Assembly: GCA_965213675.1 (NCBI GenBank) | Contig: CBDCAF010000017.1 | Coordinates: 1-44,094 of the forward strand | DNA from: an uncultured Candidatus Binatia bacterium | GTDB lineage: Bacteria > Desulfobacterota > Binatia > UBA9968 > JAJDTQ01 | DNA length: 44,094 bases | Reading direction: 5' to 3' | Part shown: positions 1-9,406 of the stretch, piece after piece | Layout of the letters: each line of letters starts with the position of its first letter | How positions within the stretch are numbered: the stretch's first letter is position 1 | The notes under the pieces: model-generated | Database searches by the model: none | Told to the model about the DNA's origin: nothing | The model's input: the letters and a program-made list of their open reading frames with translations, nothing else | Made by a program: the position numbers and the translations under genes

Positions 1-1
1 G

Positions 2-577
2 CGGCAGGTCCGGCGATGCGCTACGTCCGAGGTCCAGGGAAAAGGTTTCGGTGCGGGCCGGTTCGACGCCTTGGGTAGTCTGGGCCAGGAACACCGCAGT
101 GCGAAGCCCCGCGCGCATGAGCGCCAGGCCAAACTCGCCTGGGTCGGACCCCTCCCGCGCCTTGGGCAGCACCACCAGCCCGGGCATTTGGCCGAACCGG
201 CTGAGTTCGCTGCCGGGGCCGCACATGTCGATGATGGCCTCCTCGGACCGGGGCAGGGAACCGGACGTCACCACGGCCACGCCGTCCAGCGCGTGGGTGC
301 GGCCGAGGCCGCACTGGTACAGCGGTCCGAGGCTGCCGGGGAACGCGCCGCCGCGTTCCGGGTCCTTCCAGCGCGGCTCGACGATGTCCACCACGTGGAG
401 CACCCGGGTGCGCTCGCCGGGCCGGACGATGCTCAGCTCGACGTCATCAATGAGCGGTTCGGCCAGCAGTTCGGCGCGCAGCGCCTCGCGGTTGACAATG
501 AGTTCGCCTTCCCGATATTCGGTGTGGGCACCCCAGGAAAGGGACCGGACAGGGTAATGGGCCAGCTCGAAATCCAC
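2..577 (-). CDS. Glycine/sarcosine/betaine reductase component B subunit family protein (GrdE/PrdA-like), runs off the window edge
   Basis: Not in the ORF track; read manually on the minus strand. AGGAGGT RBS then GTG at 577 gives MDFELAHYPVRSLSWG...ELSIVRPGERTRVLHVVDIVEPR...GAFPG...GLGRTHALDGVAVVTSG...EEAIIDMCGPG, matching GrdE-type blocks (RPGE, VIEPR, GRTH.L.GVAV, IIDM.GPG). Confidence 0.75.
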   Translation of the reverse strand, partial: MDFELAHYPVRSLSWGAHTEYREGELIVNREALRAELLAEPLIDDVELSIVRPGERTRVLHVVDIVEPRWKDPERGGAFPGSLGPLYQCGLGRTHALDGVAVVTSGSLPRSEEAIIDMCGPGSELSRFGQMPGLVVLPKAREGSDPGEFGLALMRAGLRTAVFLAQTTQGVEPARTETFSLDLGRSASPDLP

Positions 578-613
578 GCGACCTCCTGGTGTCATCCGTT
601 GAAGGCAATCCCC

Positions 614-1621
614 TTGTATCAAACCCGGCCGCGCAGTGCGAGCAACCCGAACGAGGCCCCGCTGGAACCCAACCTCCCCATCTGCGACCCGCACCATCAC
701 CTGTGGCGGCGCCCCGACAACCCGTACCTGCTCGACGATTTCCTGCGCGACGCCTCGGCCGGCCATCGCATCGTCTCCAGTGTGGCGGTGGAGTGCGGGG
801 CGATGTACCGCGAAGAAGGGCCGGTGGAGTTACAGCCGGTGGGCGAGACGGAGTTCCTGGAGGGCATCGCAGCCAAGAGCTCGTCCGCGGGTACGCCCGC
901 AACCGTAGCCGCCGCCATCGTGGCCTACGCCGACCTGGCCGTGGGCGACGGCATCGCGGCCGTACTTGAAGCGCACCTGGAGGCCAGCCCCACCCGGCTG
1001 CGCGGCATCCGCTATTCCACCATGTGGGACGCCTCGGACTCGTTCCGGAGCGTGCCGCGGCCCGGCCTGTTGCGGGACGCCGCGGTCCGGAAGGGCTTCG
1101 CGCGTCTGCAGCACCTCGGGCTGAGCTTCGACGCCTGGCTCTATCACCCGCAGATTCCCGAGCTGGTGGAGTTGGCCCGGGACTTCCCGGCGGTGCCCAT
1201 CATCCTCGACCACATCGGCGGACCCCTGGGACTCGGACCCTACGACGGCAGGCGCGACGAAGTGTTCCAGGCGTGGAGCGCCGACATCACCGCGCTGTCG
1301 TCCTGCCCCAACGTCGTGCTCAAGCTGGGCGGCGTCGGGTCGCTCCGCTCCGGCTACGACTGGCACAAGTGCGGGCCCAGGCCCGGCTCCGCCGAATTGG
1401 CCGAGGCCATGCGGCCCTACTTCGAGCACTGCATCGAGAAGTTCGGCGCCGGCCGCTGCATGTTCGAAAGCAACTTCCCGGTGGACCGGGTGTCCTACTC
1501 CTACGTATCCATCTGGAACGCATTCAAGATCATGTCGCGGGGGTACTCCGACGCGGAACGACCAGCACTGTTCCACGACACCGCCGCGCGGGTCTACCGG
1601 CTCGACCGCGGCACAGCCTGA
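614..1621 (+). CDS. Amidohydrolase_2 family protein (lactonase-like)
   Basis: ICDPHHHLW metal motif, LSFDAWLYHPQ, IILDHIGGP, FGAGRCMFESNFPVD. The start is uncertain (TTG 614 chosen); the longer 71-start ORF overlaps the opposite-strand gene. Confidence 0.85.
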   Translation: MYQTRPRSASNPNEAPLEPNLPICDPHHHLWRRPDNPYLLDDFLRDASAGHRIVSSVAVECGAMYREEGPVELQPVGETEFLEGIAAKSSSAGTPATVAAAIVAYADLAVGDGIAAVLEAHLEASPTRLRGIRYSTMWDASDSFRSVPRPGLLRDAAVRKGFARLQHLGLSFDAWLYHPQIPELVELARDFPAVPIILDHIGGPLGLGPYDGRRDEVFQAWSADITALSSCPNVVLKLGGVGSLRSGYDWHKCGPRPGSAELAEAMRPYFEHCIEKFGAGRCMFESNFPVDRVSYSYVSIWNAFKIMSRGYSDAERPALFHDTAARVYRLDRGTA

Positions 1622-1688
1622 GCCAGTGGGATTGGCGCGGAGGCATCGAATCCCGTCACTGACAGGGGAGTGCTACCAAGCTCCGTAT

Positions 1689-1756
1689 CGTCATTCCCGC
1701 GAAAGCTTGCCCTCGCCCCCGATCGGGGTCGAGGGCAAGCTTTCGCGGGAATGACG
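1689..1756. repeat. 68-bp near-perfect palindrome (CGTCATTCCCGCG...CGCGGGAATGACG REP-like repeat)
   Basis: Perfect 27-bp arms 1689-1715 and 1730-1756 around CCCCCGATCGGGGT, with a single mismatch overall. A related copy lies at 30761. Confidence 0.9.
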
Positions 1757-1825
1757 GAAGAGAAATGAGACTGACGAAGGAGATAGGCGCCTCCTTCACG
1801 ACTCCACACAGAGGAGACATAGCCA

Positions 1826-2635
1826 ATGGCCGACGACAAGGTTCTCTACGAAGTAAAGGAGCAGACCGCCTGGATCACCCTGAACCGCCCGGAGGCGCTG
1901 AACGCCATCAACGAGGAGATGCGGCAGCTCATCATGGAGTACTGCGCCCGGGCGGAAGCGGACCGCGACGTCCAGGTGGTGCTCTTCCGGGGCGCCGGCG
2001 AGAAGGGCTTTACCGTGGGCGGCGACATCAAGGAGCGGGCCAGCCGCAACGCCGAACCGGCAGCGGCGTCTCCGCTGGAGGCCCGGCAGGCCAAGCAGGC
2101 TCCGGGGGTCCATTCGCCCATCGACGCCGTGGCCTTGGTGCAGAAGCCCACCATCGCGCTGTTGCACGGCTACGCGGTCGGAGCCGGCTTGTTGATCGCC
2201 ATGGCCTGCGACATCCGCATCGCCGCGGAGAACGCCCGCATGGGCGTGACCGAGGTCCGGCTCGGCTTCATGCCGGCATCGGGCGGGACGCAGCGACTCG
2301 CCCGACTCGTGGGCGCCGCCAAGGCCCTGGAGATGTGTCTGTCCGGGGCGTTGGTGGACGCTCAGGAAGCGTACCGCATCGGACTCGTCAACAGGCTGGT
2401 GCCGGTGGATGGGCTGACGCGCACCGGCGAGGAGATGGCGGCATCCTTCGCCAAGGGTGCTCCCCTGGCCCTGCGGTACATCAAGGAGTCCGTCCACAAG
2501 GGCCAGGGCCTGCCGCTGGAGCAGGCGCTGCGCCTGGAGTCCGACCTCGCCACCCTGGTCCTCACCACCGACGACAGCAAGGAAGGGCCGCGGGCCTTCG
2601 TCGAGAAACGGCCGCCGAAGTGGCAGGGCCGTTGA
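1826..2635 (+). CDS. Enoyl-CoA hydratase/isomerase family protein
   Basis: ITLNRPEALNAI, FTVGGDIKE, KPTIALLHGYAVGAG, ACDIRIA, EVRLGFMP, EGPRAFVEKRPPKW. GAGGAG RBS upstream. Confidence 0.95.
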   Translation: MADDKVLYEVKEQTAWITLNRPEALNAINEEMRQLIMEYCARAEADRDVQVVLFRGAGEKGFTVGGDIKERASRNAEPAAASPLEARQAKQAPGVHSPIDAVALVQKPTIALLHGYAVGAGLLIAMACDIRIAAENARMGVTEVRLGFMPASGGTQRLARLVGAAKALEMCLSGALVDAQEAYRIGLVNRLVPVDGLTRTGEEMAASFAKGAPLALRYIKESVHKGQGLPLEQALRLESDLATLVLTTDDSKEGPRAFVEKRPPKWQGR

Positions 2636-2709
2636 TTCGGAACCCGACTTCGGTATACAGCACACGGCTACGGACCCCGGTCCGGTACTACCCGTAAAGG
2701 AGCCGGGAA

Positions 2710-3741
2710 ATGCTCAGAATCGATGCCGACGCGCACGTTCTCGAAACCGAGGAGACCTGGGAGTTCATGGACCGCGCCGACCGGAAGTACCGGCCCGACG
2801 TCGTCGGCTCCCTGAACGGCTCTGGCGAAGTCGACGAGTACTGGCTGGTAGACGGTACCCTGCGACTCAAGTCCCGCAACGTAGGCAAGGACACGCCGCT
2901 GGAATCCCGCGAACTGCGCGACGTAGCGGTCCGGCTCAGGCACATGGACGAGCTCAAGGTGGACATCCAGGTCATCTTCCCCACCATATTCATCATCCCG
3001 CTGACGCCCCGGCCCGAGATCGAACTGGCGCTGTACCGCAGCTACAACCGCTGGATGGGCGAATGCTGGAAGCAGTCCGACAACCGCCTGCGCTGGGTGG
3101 CGGTGGTGCCGCTGCTGAAGACGGAGCAAGTGTACGAGGAGGCCCGGCAGGCCAGGGAGAACGGCGCGGTGGGCATCTACATGCGCGGCTCCGAGGGAGA
3201 GCGGCTGCTGAGCGATCCCCACTTCTACCCGGTCTACGACGCCGCCGAGAAACTCGACATCCCGGTGTGCATCCACTCCTCCAACGGCAGCCCCGTGCTG
3301 TACGATTACTACAAGTACGAGACCGTGGGCTTCTCGAAATTCAAGCTGGTAGTGGTGGGCGCCTTCCATACCATCATCATGGACAAGATCCCCGAGCGGT
3401 TCCCGAAGCTCAAGATGGCGTTCCTGGAGGTGGGCTCCCAGTGGCTGCCCTACGCGCTGAGCGACCTGTACAAGCGCCACCACATGACCGGCAAGGAGTT
3501 CAGCAAGAAGGAGCTGCTGTCACAGAACCGCATCTGGGTCGGCTGCGAGACCAACGACGATCTGCCCTACGTCATCGACACCGCCGGCGAGGACCACCTG
3601 GTGGTGGGCACCGACTACGGCCACGCCGACAGCGCCACCGAGCTGCTGGCCCTGGACGGGGTCGCCAACGACCCGCGGCTAAGCCCGGAGGTGGCCGCCA
3701 AGATCACCGGGGGAAACGCGCAGGCGCTGTACAACCTTTGA
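2710..3741 (+). CDS. Amidohydrolase_2 family protein (ACMSD/decarboxylase-like), tandem copy 1
   Basis: IDADAHVLE, YNRWM, PVCIH, RFPKLKMAFLE, GTDYGHAD motifs; AAGGAG RBS. Confidence 0.9.
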   Translation: MLRIDADAHVLETEETWEFMDRADRKYRPDVVGSLNGSGEVDEYWLVDGTLRLKSRNVGKDTPLESRELRDVAVRLRHMDELKVDIQVIFPTIFIIPLTPRPEIELALYRSYNRWMGECWKQSDNRLRWVAVVPLLKTEQVYEEARQARENGAVGIYMRGSEGERLLSDPHFYPVYDAAEKLDIPVCIHSSNGSPVLYDYYKYETVGFSKFKLVVVGAFHTIIMDKIPERFPKLKMAFLEVGSQWLPYALSDLYKRHHMTGKEFSKKELLSQNRIWVGCETNDDLPYVIDTAGEDHLVVGTDYGHADSATELLALDGVANDPRLSPEVAAKITGGNAQALYNL

Positions 3742-3763
3742 GATCGGACTGGAGGAAACCGAA

Positions 3764-4795
3764 ATGCTCAGAATAGATGCTGACGCACACGTTCTCGAAA
3801 CCGAGGAAACCTGGGAGTTCATGGACGGCGCGGACCGCAAGTACCGGCCCGAGGTCGTCGGCTCCACCAACGGCTCGGGCTCCGGGGACGAGTACTGGCT
3901 GGTGGACGGAACCCTGCGGCTCAAGACCCGGAACGTGGGCAAGGACACGCCGCTGGAGTCCCGCGAACTGCGTGACGTGGCGGCGCGGCTCAAGCACATG
4001 GACGAGCTCAAGGTGGACATCCAGGTCATCTTCCCCACCATCTTCATCATCCCGCTGACACCGCGCCCCGAGATCGAGCTGGCGTTGTGCCGCAGCTACA
4101 ACCGCTGGATGGGCGAGTGCTGGAAACAGTCCGACAACCGTCTGCGCTGGGTGGCGATGGTGCCGCTCCTCAGCCCGGACCAGGTGCATGAGGAAGCCCG
4201 GCTGGCCAAGGAGAACGGCGCGGTGGGCATCTACATGCGCGGCTCCGAGGGCGAACGGCTGCTGAACGATCCCTTCTTCTATCCAGTGTACGACGCCGCC
4301 GGCCGGCTGGACATCCCGGTGTGCATCCACGCCTCCAACGGCAGCTCCGTGCTGTTCGACTACTACAAGTATGAGCCCGTGGCCTTTTCGAAGTTCAAGC
4401 TGGTGGTGGTGGGGGCGTTCCACACCATCGTCGCGGGCGGAATCCCTCAGCGATTCCCACAGCTCAAAATGGGGTTCCTGGAGGTCAGCGCGCAGTGGCT
4501 GCCCTACGCGCTGACCGACCTGTACAAACGCCCGTACGTAAAGGAGCAGGGGTTCAAACGGAACGAGCTGCTGGCAAAGAACCGGATCTGGGTCGGATGC
4601 GAGACCACCGACGACCTTCCCTACATCATCGACAACGCCGGCGAGGACCACCTGGTGGTGGGCACCGACTACGGCCACGCCGACAGCGCCACCGAACTGC
4701 TGGCCATAGACGGCGTTGCCAACGACCCGCGCCTGAGCCCCGGGGTGGCGGCCAAGATCACCGGCGGGAACGCGCGGGCGCTGTACAACCTTTGA
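3764..4795 (+). CDS. Amidohydrolase_2 family protein, tandem copy 2
   Basis: Same length (343 aa) and highly similar to 2710..3741; GGAGG RBS. Confidence 0.9.
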   Translation: MLRIDADAHVLETEETWEFMDGADRKYRPEVVGSTNGSGSGDEYWLVDGTLRLKTRNVGKDTPLESRELRDVAARLKHMDELKVDIQVIFPTIFIIPLTPRPEIELALCRSYNRWMGECWKQSDNRLRWVAMVPLLSPDQVHEEARLAKENGAVGIYMRGSEGERLLNDPFFYPVYDAAGRLDIPVCIHASNGSSVLFDYYKYEPVAFSKFKLVVVGAFHTIVAGGIPQRFPQLKMGFLEVSAQWLPYALTDLYKRPYVKEQGFKRNELLAKNRIWVGCETTDDLPYIIDNAGEDHLVVGTDYGHADSATELLAIDGVANDPRLSPGVAAKITGGNARALYNL

Positions 4796-4894
4796 GGGTT
4801 GACGAGAAGAGTTCTCCGATCCTGGCCGTTGGAGGATATGTGCCCGTCTGGGGTCGCGAGAAACTCACAGCTTGACCCAGCCTGTTTCTTAATT

Positions 4895-4943
4895 TGCAAT
4901 ATAGCAATTATTTGCTGCACAGCATTTTAACGGATATATTGCA
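4895..4943. promoter_or_regulatory. Inverted repeats in AT-rich promoter region upstream of the AbiEi-like gene (possible autoregulatory operator)
   Basis: TGCAATATA (4895-4903) pairs with TATATTGCA (4935-4943); AGCAA-TTAT-TTGCT lies at 4903-4916. Confidence 0.4.
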
Positions 4944-4994
4944 TTATTTATGGTTTATTAGTAGATATACTGTACAGCGTATCTGCCAATAACA

Positions 4995-6101
4995 ATGCCA
5001 GTCCCTGCGGTCACAGAACGACAACTGGTCGACCAGTTTCTGGAATCTCTTCGAGACTTGCCCGACGTCCGGGTCGTGCAGGTCTTCTTGGAGCCACCTC
5101 GTTTGCCCGGAGCCTCATCAACTCCGCAATATGACGTCAAGTGTAATCTTCGGGTAGCGGGCAAGCTCATCACCCTGTTGGTCGAGGTGACGAAGGTTCT
5201 CTACCCTCGTGATGTTCGCCAGAAACTATGGCTAATCAAGGATTTCAGCCGCGGGCACGCAGATGGAACGCAAGGTCGTGAAACGGTCCCCGTTTTGGTC
5301 GCCGAGTCGATATCCCCGGGAGCCAAGGAACTTCTGAAGAGCCAGCGAGTAGGCTACTACGACGGCGGTGGCAGCCTCTACGTTCCTGCCCAAGGCGTCC
5401 ATCTCTATGTCGACAGGCCGCTCTCTAAGCCTTTGTCGAGATCCATAAGGTCCTTATTCTCAGGACGGCGGGCGCGGGTACTGCATGCGCTCCTTGTTCA
5501 CCACGACGAATGGTACCAAGTCAAAAAACTCGCGCATCGCGCGCGGGTCTCGCCCGCCACTGCGTCGCAGGTGCTGTCCGAGTTGGAGAGGTATGAGTGG
5601 GTGGTCTCTCGTGGCATCGGTCCGAACAAGGAGCGCCAATTGGTCGAACCTGCCGCCCTATTGGACGCGTGGGTCAAACAGCATGCGGCGTCGCCGGCTC
5701 CGCCGATGCGGCGCTTCTTCGTCCCTTCGGTTCGCGCAGAGAGACTGTTCGAAAAGATAGCTCATGTCTTTGCGGCGCATGATGCCGACTACGCAATCAC
5801 TCATGAAGCAGCGGCCCAACGTTATGCTCCGTTCCTGTCAGCCGTCTCACGAGTCCGCTGCCGACTCTTGGCCGGCCAAATCGCAGAACAAGCCCTCCGC
5901 GAGCTCGATGCCCGTGTTGTCAGCGAGGGAATGAACCTGGCGGTGATTGACGTCCAATCGTTGGACGAACTGTTGTTTCGCAATCAACTGGACGGAGTTT
6001 GGCTGGCCAGTCCGGTCCAGGCTTATCTCGATTTGGCGCACGGCGAAGGGCGCACGAAGGAACTGGCGGACCACCTGCGTCGTGAGCGGATCGGTTTTTG
6101 A
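4995..6101 (+). CDS. Type IV TA AbiEi-like antitoxin / transcriptional regulator (central wHTH plus AbiEi_2-like C-terminus)
   Basis: HTH-like region VKKLAHRARVSPATASQVLSELE; LLDAW; YAITHEAAA; ASPVQAYLDL..GEGR..E.A..LR C-terminal block. Its stop overlaps the next ATG (TGATG). Confidence 0.7.
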   Translation: MPVPAVTERQLVDQFLESLRDLPDVRVVQVFLEPPRLPGASSTPQYDVKCNLRVAGKLITLLVEVTKVLYPRDVRQKLWLIKDFSRGHADGTQGRETVPVLVAESISPGAKELLKSQRVGYYDGGGSLYVPAQGVHLYVDRPLSKPLSRSIRSLFSGRRARVLHALLVHHDEWYQVKKLAHRARVSPATASQVLSELERYEWVVSRGIGPNKERQLVEPAALLDAWVKQHAASPAPPMRRFFVPSVRAERLFEKIAHVFAAHDADYAITHEAAAQRYAPFLSAVSRVRCRLLAGQIAEQALRELDARVVSEGMNLAVIDVQSLDELLFRNQLDGVWLASPVQAYLDLAHGEGRTKELADHLRRERIGF

Positions 6102-7015
6102 TGGCGAAGCCTCCGACCATCACCGGGTACAACAGTGCGCAAACACTCGATTGTGAGCGTATCCTTATAACCCTGCTACGCGGACTAGGCCCATGGAAAG
6201 AAAGTATCTTTCTCGTCGGCGGACTGACGCCCCGCTACCTAGTACCGGCCAAGCCACCGGCCGTGGAGCCACATGCCGGCACGGTCGACGTCGACACTGT
6301 CATCGAGCTACAGATCCTGGCCGACACCGCCGGTTATCACACACTTGAGGAAAATCTGCGCAGGATGGGGTTTGAGCGGGCGACGAACGACAGCGGCCAG
6401 AAAGTCTCCTGGCGCTGGGAGAAGCGTACCGAACGGGGCGAGCCCGTGACACTCGAACTGCTAGCGGACGCGCCCGAAATCGCTGGCGGCAAGGTCCAGC
6501 CACTGCCCACGGACGGCAGTATTTCGGCGCTTAACATCCCGCACGCATCCATCGTCTTCGACCTTCACGAAACCACCGCAGTTCAGGCCGAACTACTCGA
6601 CGGCGCAGGGGTCGCGACCGAGAAGATCAAACACGCCAACCTGGTAAGCTTCACTTGCTTGAAGGCATTTGCCTACGACGACCGCTTCGAACGCAAGGAC
6701 GCGCACGATCTAATTTACTGCATCGAGTGGGCGCCTGACGGTCCAGATCGCGTCGCGGAGACTTTCAAGGAAGCCCTCGCCGGCGAGCACCGTGAAGTCA
6801 TTCGGAACGCCTTGGAGATCCTTCGCGATCGCTTCGCGGGGGACAGGCAAGTCGAGGGCTACCAAAAAGACGGTCCGGTCGCGGTCGCTCGTTTCGAACT
6901 AGGCGAGGGTAACGATCCTGATCAACGTGAGGACCGGCTGCGTCGACAACGCGAGGCGAGCGACATAATCGAACAACTCTTGGGCAGGATCGACAACCAA
7001 GCGGCACGCCGCTGA
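6101..7015 (+). CDS. Nucleotidyltransferase, AbiEii-like putative toxin
   Basis: LVGG...HAGTVDVD (GG..TxDxD) and LKAFAYDDRFERKDAHDL motifs; translationally coupled to the upstream gene. Confidence 0.7.
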   Translation: MAKPPTITGYNSAQTLDCERILITLLRGLGPWKESIFLVGGLTPRYLVPAKPPAVEPHAGTVDVDTVIELQILADTAGYHTLEENLRRMGFERATNDSGQKVSWRWEKRTERGEPVTLELLADAPEIAGGKVQPLPTDGSISALNIPHASIVFDLHETTAVQAELLDGAGVATEKIKHANLVSFTCLKAFAYDDRFERKDAHDLIYCIEWAPDGPDRVAETFKEALAGEHREVIRNALEILRDRFAGDRQVEGYQKDGPVAVARFELGEGNDPDQREDRLRRQREASDIIEQLLGRIDNQAARR

Positions 7016-7101
7016 AGGCTGGCCCTCGCTTCCTTGTGCGGCGTCAAAACGCCCGAGCGTTGTACAACCCTTGATTCGTGAGGCGCCCCCTCCCTGTTCC
7101 G

Positions 7102-8421
7102 TCATCCGGCAAGGTAACCCAGCGCGCCGAACCCGAGGCCCATCAGCGCCGCGACGGCCAGGGTTCTCATGAGGGACTGGTGTCGCCAGAGGAGCATGAT
7201 CGCGCTGACGGCGCCGACCGCCACAACCCGCCAGTCCAGGGAATACCAGTCCGGCACCAGGAGCTTGACCGGGCCGCTCTGGTGCGACGACAGCTCGGCG
7301 AACAGGACGTGCAGGCTGAACCAGATAGAGAGGTTCAGGATGACGCCCACCACGGCCGCCGTGATGGCCTCCAGGGCGCCCTTGAGCCGGGGCTGGGCCG
7401 TGAGTTGCTCGATATAGGGGGCGCCGACGAATATCCACAGGAAGCAGGGTGCGAACGTGACCCAGAGCGTGACCAACGCACCGGCAATGCCCATGCTCAG
7501 CCCGCCCGCCCGGTAGCCGGCGATGTAGCCGACGAACTCCGTCACCAGGATCAGCGGCCCCGGGGTGGTTTCCGCCAACCCCAGACCGTCCATCATCTCA
7601 CCGGCCGTCAACCAGCCCTTATGGGTCACCACGTCCTGGGCCAGGTAGGCCAGCACGGCGTAGGCGCCGCCGAATGTGACCACCGCGAGACGGGAGAAGA
7701 AGTTGCCGATCTGGACCAGGATATCGTAGCCGCCCAGCGCCATCAGTAGCAGCACCGGCGTCCACCAGACAGCCATCCATAAAGCCACCGTCCGCGCCGT
7801 GCCGGACACCGATCCGCCACCCCGTCCGGCCGCGGTCTCTGTGGTGCTCTGGCCACCGAGCAGGAGAAATCCGGTCAGGGCGGCTACCAGGATAATGACC
7901 GGGAACGGGACCGACAGAAAGAAGATTCCCACGAAGGCCAGGCCCGCGACGATCCAGTGCACGGCGGAGTGCAGCGCTCGGTTCGCCACCCTCAGCAAGG
8001 CCTCTATCACGATGACCACGACCGCGCCCTTGATCCCCAGGAACAGCGCGGCCACCAGCGGAAGATCGCCCCCGACCGCATAGAGCATCGCCAGCCCGAG
8101 CACCACCAGGGCGCCCGGGACCACGAACAGGAGGCCTGCCACCAACCCGCCGGGCACGCCGCGAAGCTGCCACCCCGAGTAGGTGGCGAGTTGCATGGCC
8201 TCGGGGCCGGGGAGAAGCATGCAGAAGCTGAGGGCGCCCAGGAACCTTGGCTCGTCGAGCCACCGTTCCTCCTCCACCAGGACACGGTGCATGAGCGCGA
8301 TCTGCGCCGCCGGGCCGCCGAAGGACAGGATGCCGATGCGCCAGAATACGGCGAACAGCCGGCGCCAGGTGACGGCTGAGTCCCGACGCACGTCACCGCC
8401 CGGGTCTACGACACCCGCCAT
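7102..8421 (-). CDS. chrA: Chromate efflux transporter (long-chain CHR)
   Basis: SFGGPAAQIALMH, LPGPEAMQLATY, TFGGAYAVLAY, GLGLAETTPGPLI. Confidence 0.95.
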   Translation of the reverse strand: MAGVVDPGGDVRRDSAVTWRRLFAVFWRIGILSFGGPAAQIALMHRVLVEEERWLDEPRFLGALSFCMLLPGPEAMQLATYSGWQLRGVPGGLVAGLLFVVPGALVVLGLAMLYAVGGDLPLVAALFLGIKGAVVVIVIEALLRVANRALHSAVHWIVAGLAFVGIFFLSVPFPVIILVAALTGFLLLGGQSTTETAAGRGGGSVSGTARTVALWMAVWWTPVLLLMALGGYDILVQIGNFFSRLAVVTFGGAYAVLAYLAQDVVTHKGWLTAGEMMDGLGLAETTPGPLILVTEFVGYIAGYRAGGLSMGIAGALVTLWVTFAPCFLWIFVGAPYIEQLTAQPRLKGALEAITAAVVGVILNLSIWFSLHVLFAELSSHQSGPVKLLVPDWYSLDWRVVAVGAVSAIMLLWRHQSLMRTLAVAALMGLGFGALGYLAG

Positions 8422-8468
8422 GTTCTCCTTGCCTCGGGGTCCAGGGGTTTGCCGGCGGACCCGGTGGG

Positions 8469-9344
8469 CTACTCCGCCGCCTCGAGCTTGTCCTGCGTCC
8501 TCAACTCAAAATCCGACGCGTCGTGGCGCTCGCGGAGCTGCTGATCGAGCAGGCCGGATGTCTTGTTGACGATCCGTCCGCGCTTCACCGCCTCGCGCGC
8601 CGCGACTTCGTCGAACCAGCGCAGGACGTTGGTATAGGTTTGGATGTCGAGGAACTCGGCGGCGCCGTAGAGGCTGCCGGTGGTGAGGATGCCGTACCAG
8701 GGCCAGATGGCCATGTCGGCGATGGTGTAGACGTCGCCCGCCGCGTAGCGGTTCTCGGCCAGCCGCTTGTCGAGGACGTCGAGCTGGCGCTTCACCTCCA
8801 TGGTGAAACGGTCGATGGGGTATTCCATCTTGTAGGGAGCGTAGGCATAGAAATGGCCGAAGCCGCCGCCGAGATAGGGGGCGGAGCCCATCTGCCAGAA
8901 CAGCCATGACAGGCACTCGGCACGCTCCGACGGGTCCCCCGGGACGAAGGCGCCGAACTTGTCGGCCAGGTAGAGCAGGATCGAACCCGACTCGAACACC
9001 CGTGTGGGCGCGGGCATGGAGTAGTCCACCAGCGCCGGGATCTTGGAGTTGGGATTGATGGCGACGAACCCGGAGCCGAACTGGTCGCCCTCGCGGATGT
9101 TGATGACCCACGCGTCGTACTCCGCGCCGGTGTGCCCGGCCGCCAGCAACTCCTCCAGCATGATCGTCACCTTGACGCCGTTGGGGGTGCCCAGCGAATA
9201 GAGCTGGAGCGGGTGCTTGCCGCGCGGCAACTCCTTATCATGGGTGGCGCCGGAAACCGGGCGGTTGACGTTGGCGAACCGGCCGCCGTTCTCGCGTTCC
9301 CATGTCCAGACCTTGGGAGGCACGTACTCAGGGGTATCGGTCAT
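8469..9344 (-). CDS. yghU: Glutathione-dependent disulfide-bond oxidoreductase (GST Nu class)
   Basis: YVPPKVWTW, LQLYSLGTPNGVKVTI, NPNSKIPAL, FESGSILLYLA, ERHDASDF. Start is MTDTPEY after AAGAGGA. Confidence 0.93.
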   Translation of the reverse strand: MTDTPEYVPPKVWTWERENGGRFANVNRPVSGATHDKELPRGKHPLQLYSLGTPNGVKVTIMLEELLAAGHTGAEYDAWVINIREGDQFGSGFVAINPNSKIPALVDYSMPAPTRVFESGSILLYLADKFGAFVPGDPSERAECLSWLFWQMGSAPYLGGGFGHFYAYAPYKMEYPIDRFTMEVKRQLDVLDKRLAENRYAAGDVYTIADMAIWPWYGILTTGSLYGAAEFLDIQTYTNVLRWFDEVAAREAVKRGRIVNKTSGLLDQQLRERHDASDFELRTQDKLEAAE

Positions 9345-9406
9345 GGCGTTGTCCTCTTTCTCACACGGTGCCGCGGCCGGACGGACTTGAAATCCGCCAC
9401 TACGGA

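Noticed and set aside
71-613. N-terminal extension of the 516-aa ORF
   Set aside because: It is the antisense shadow of the minus-strand reductase gene; amidohydrolase similarity starts only near 650.
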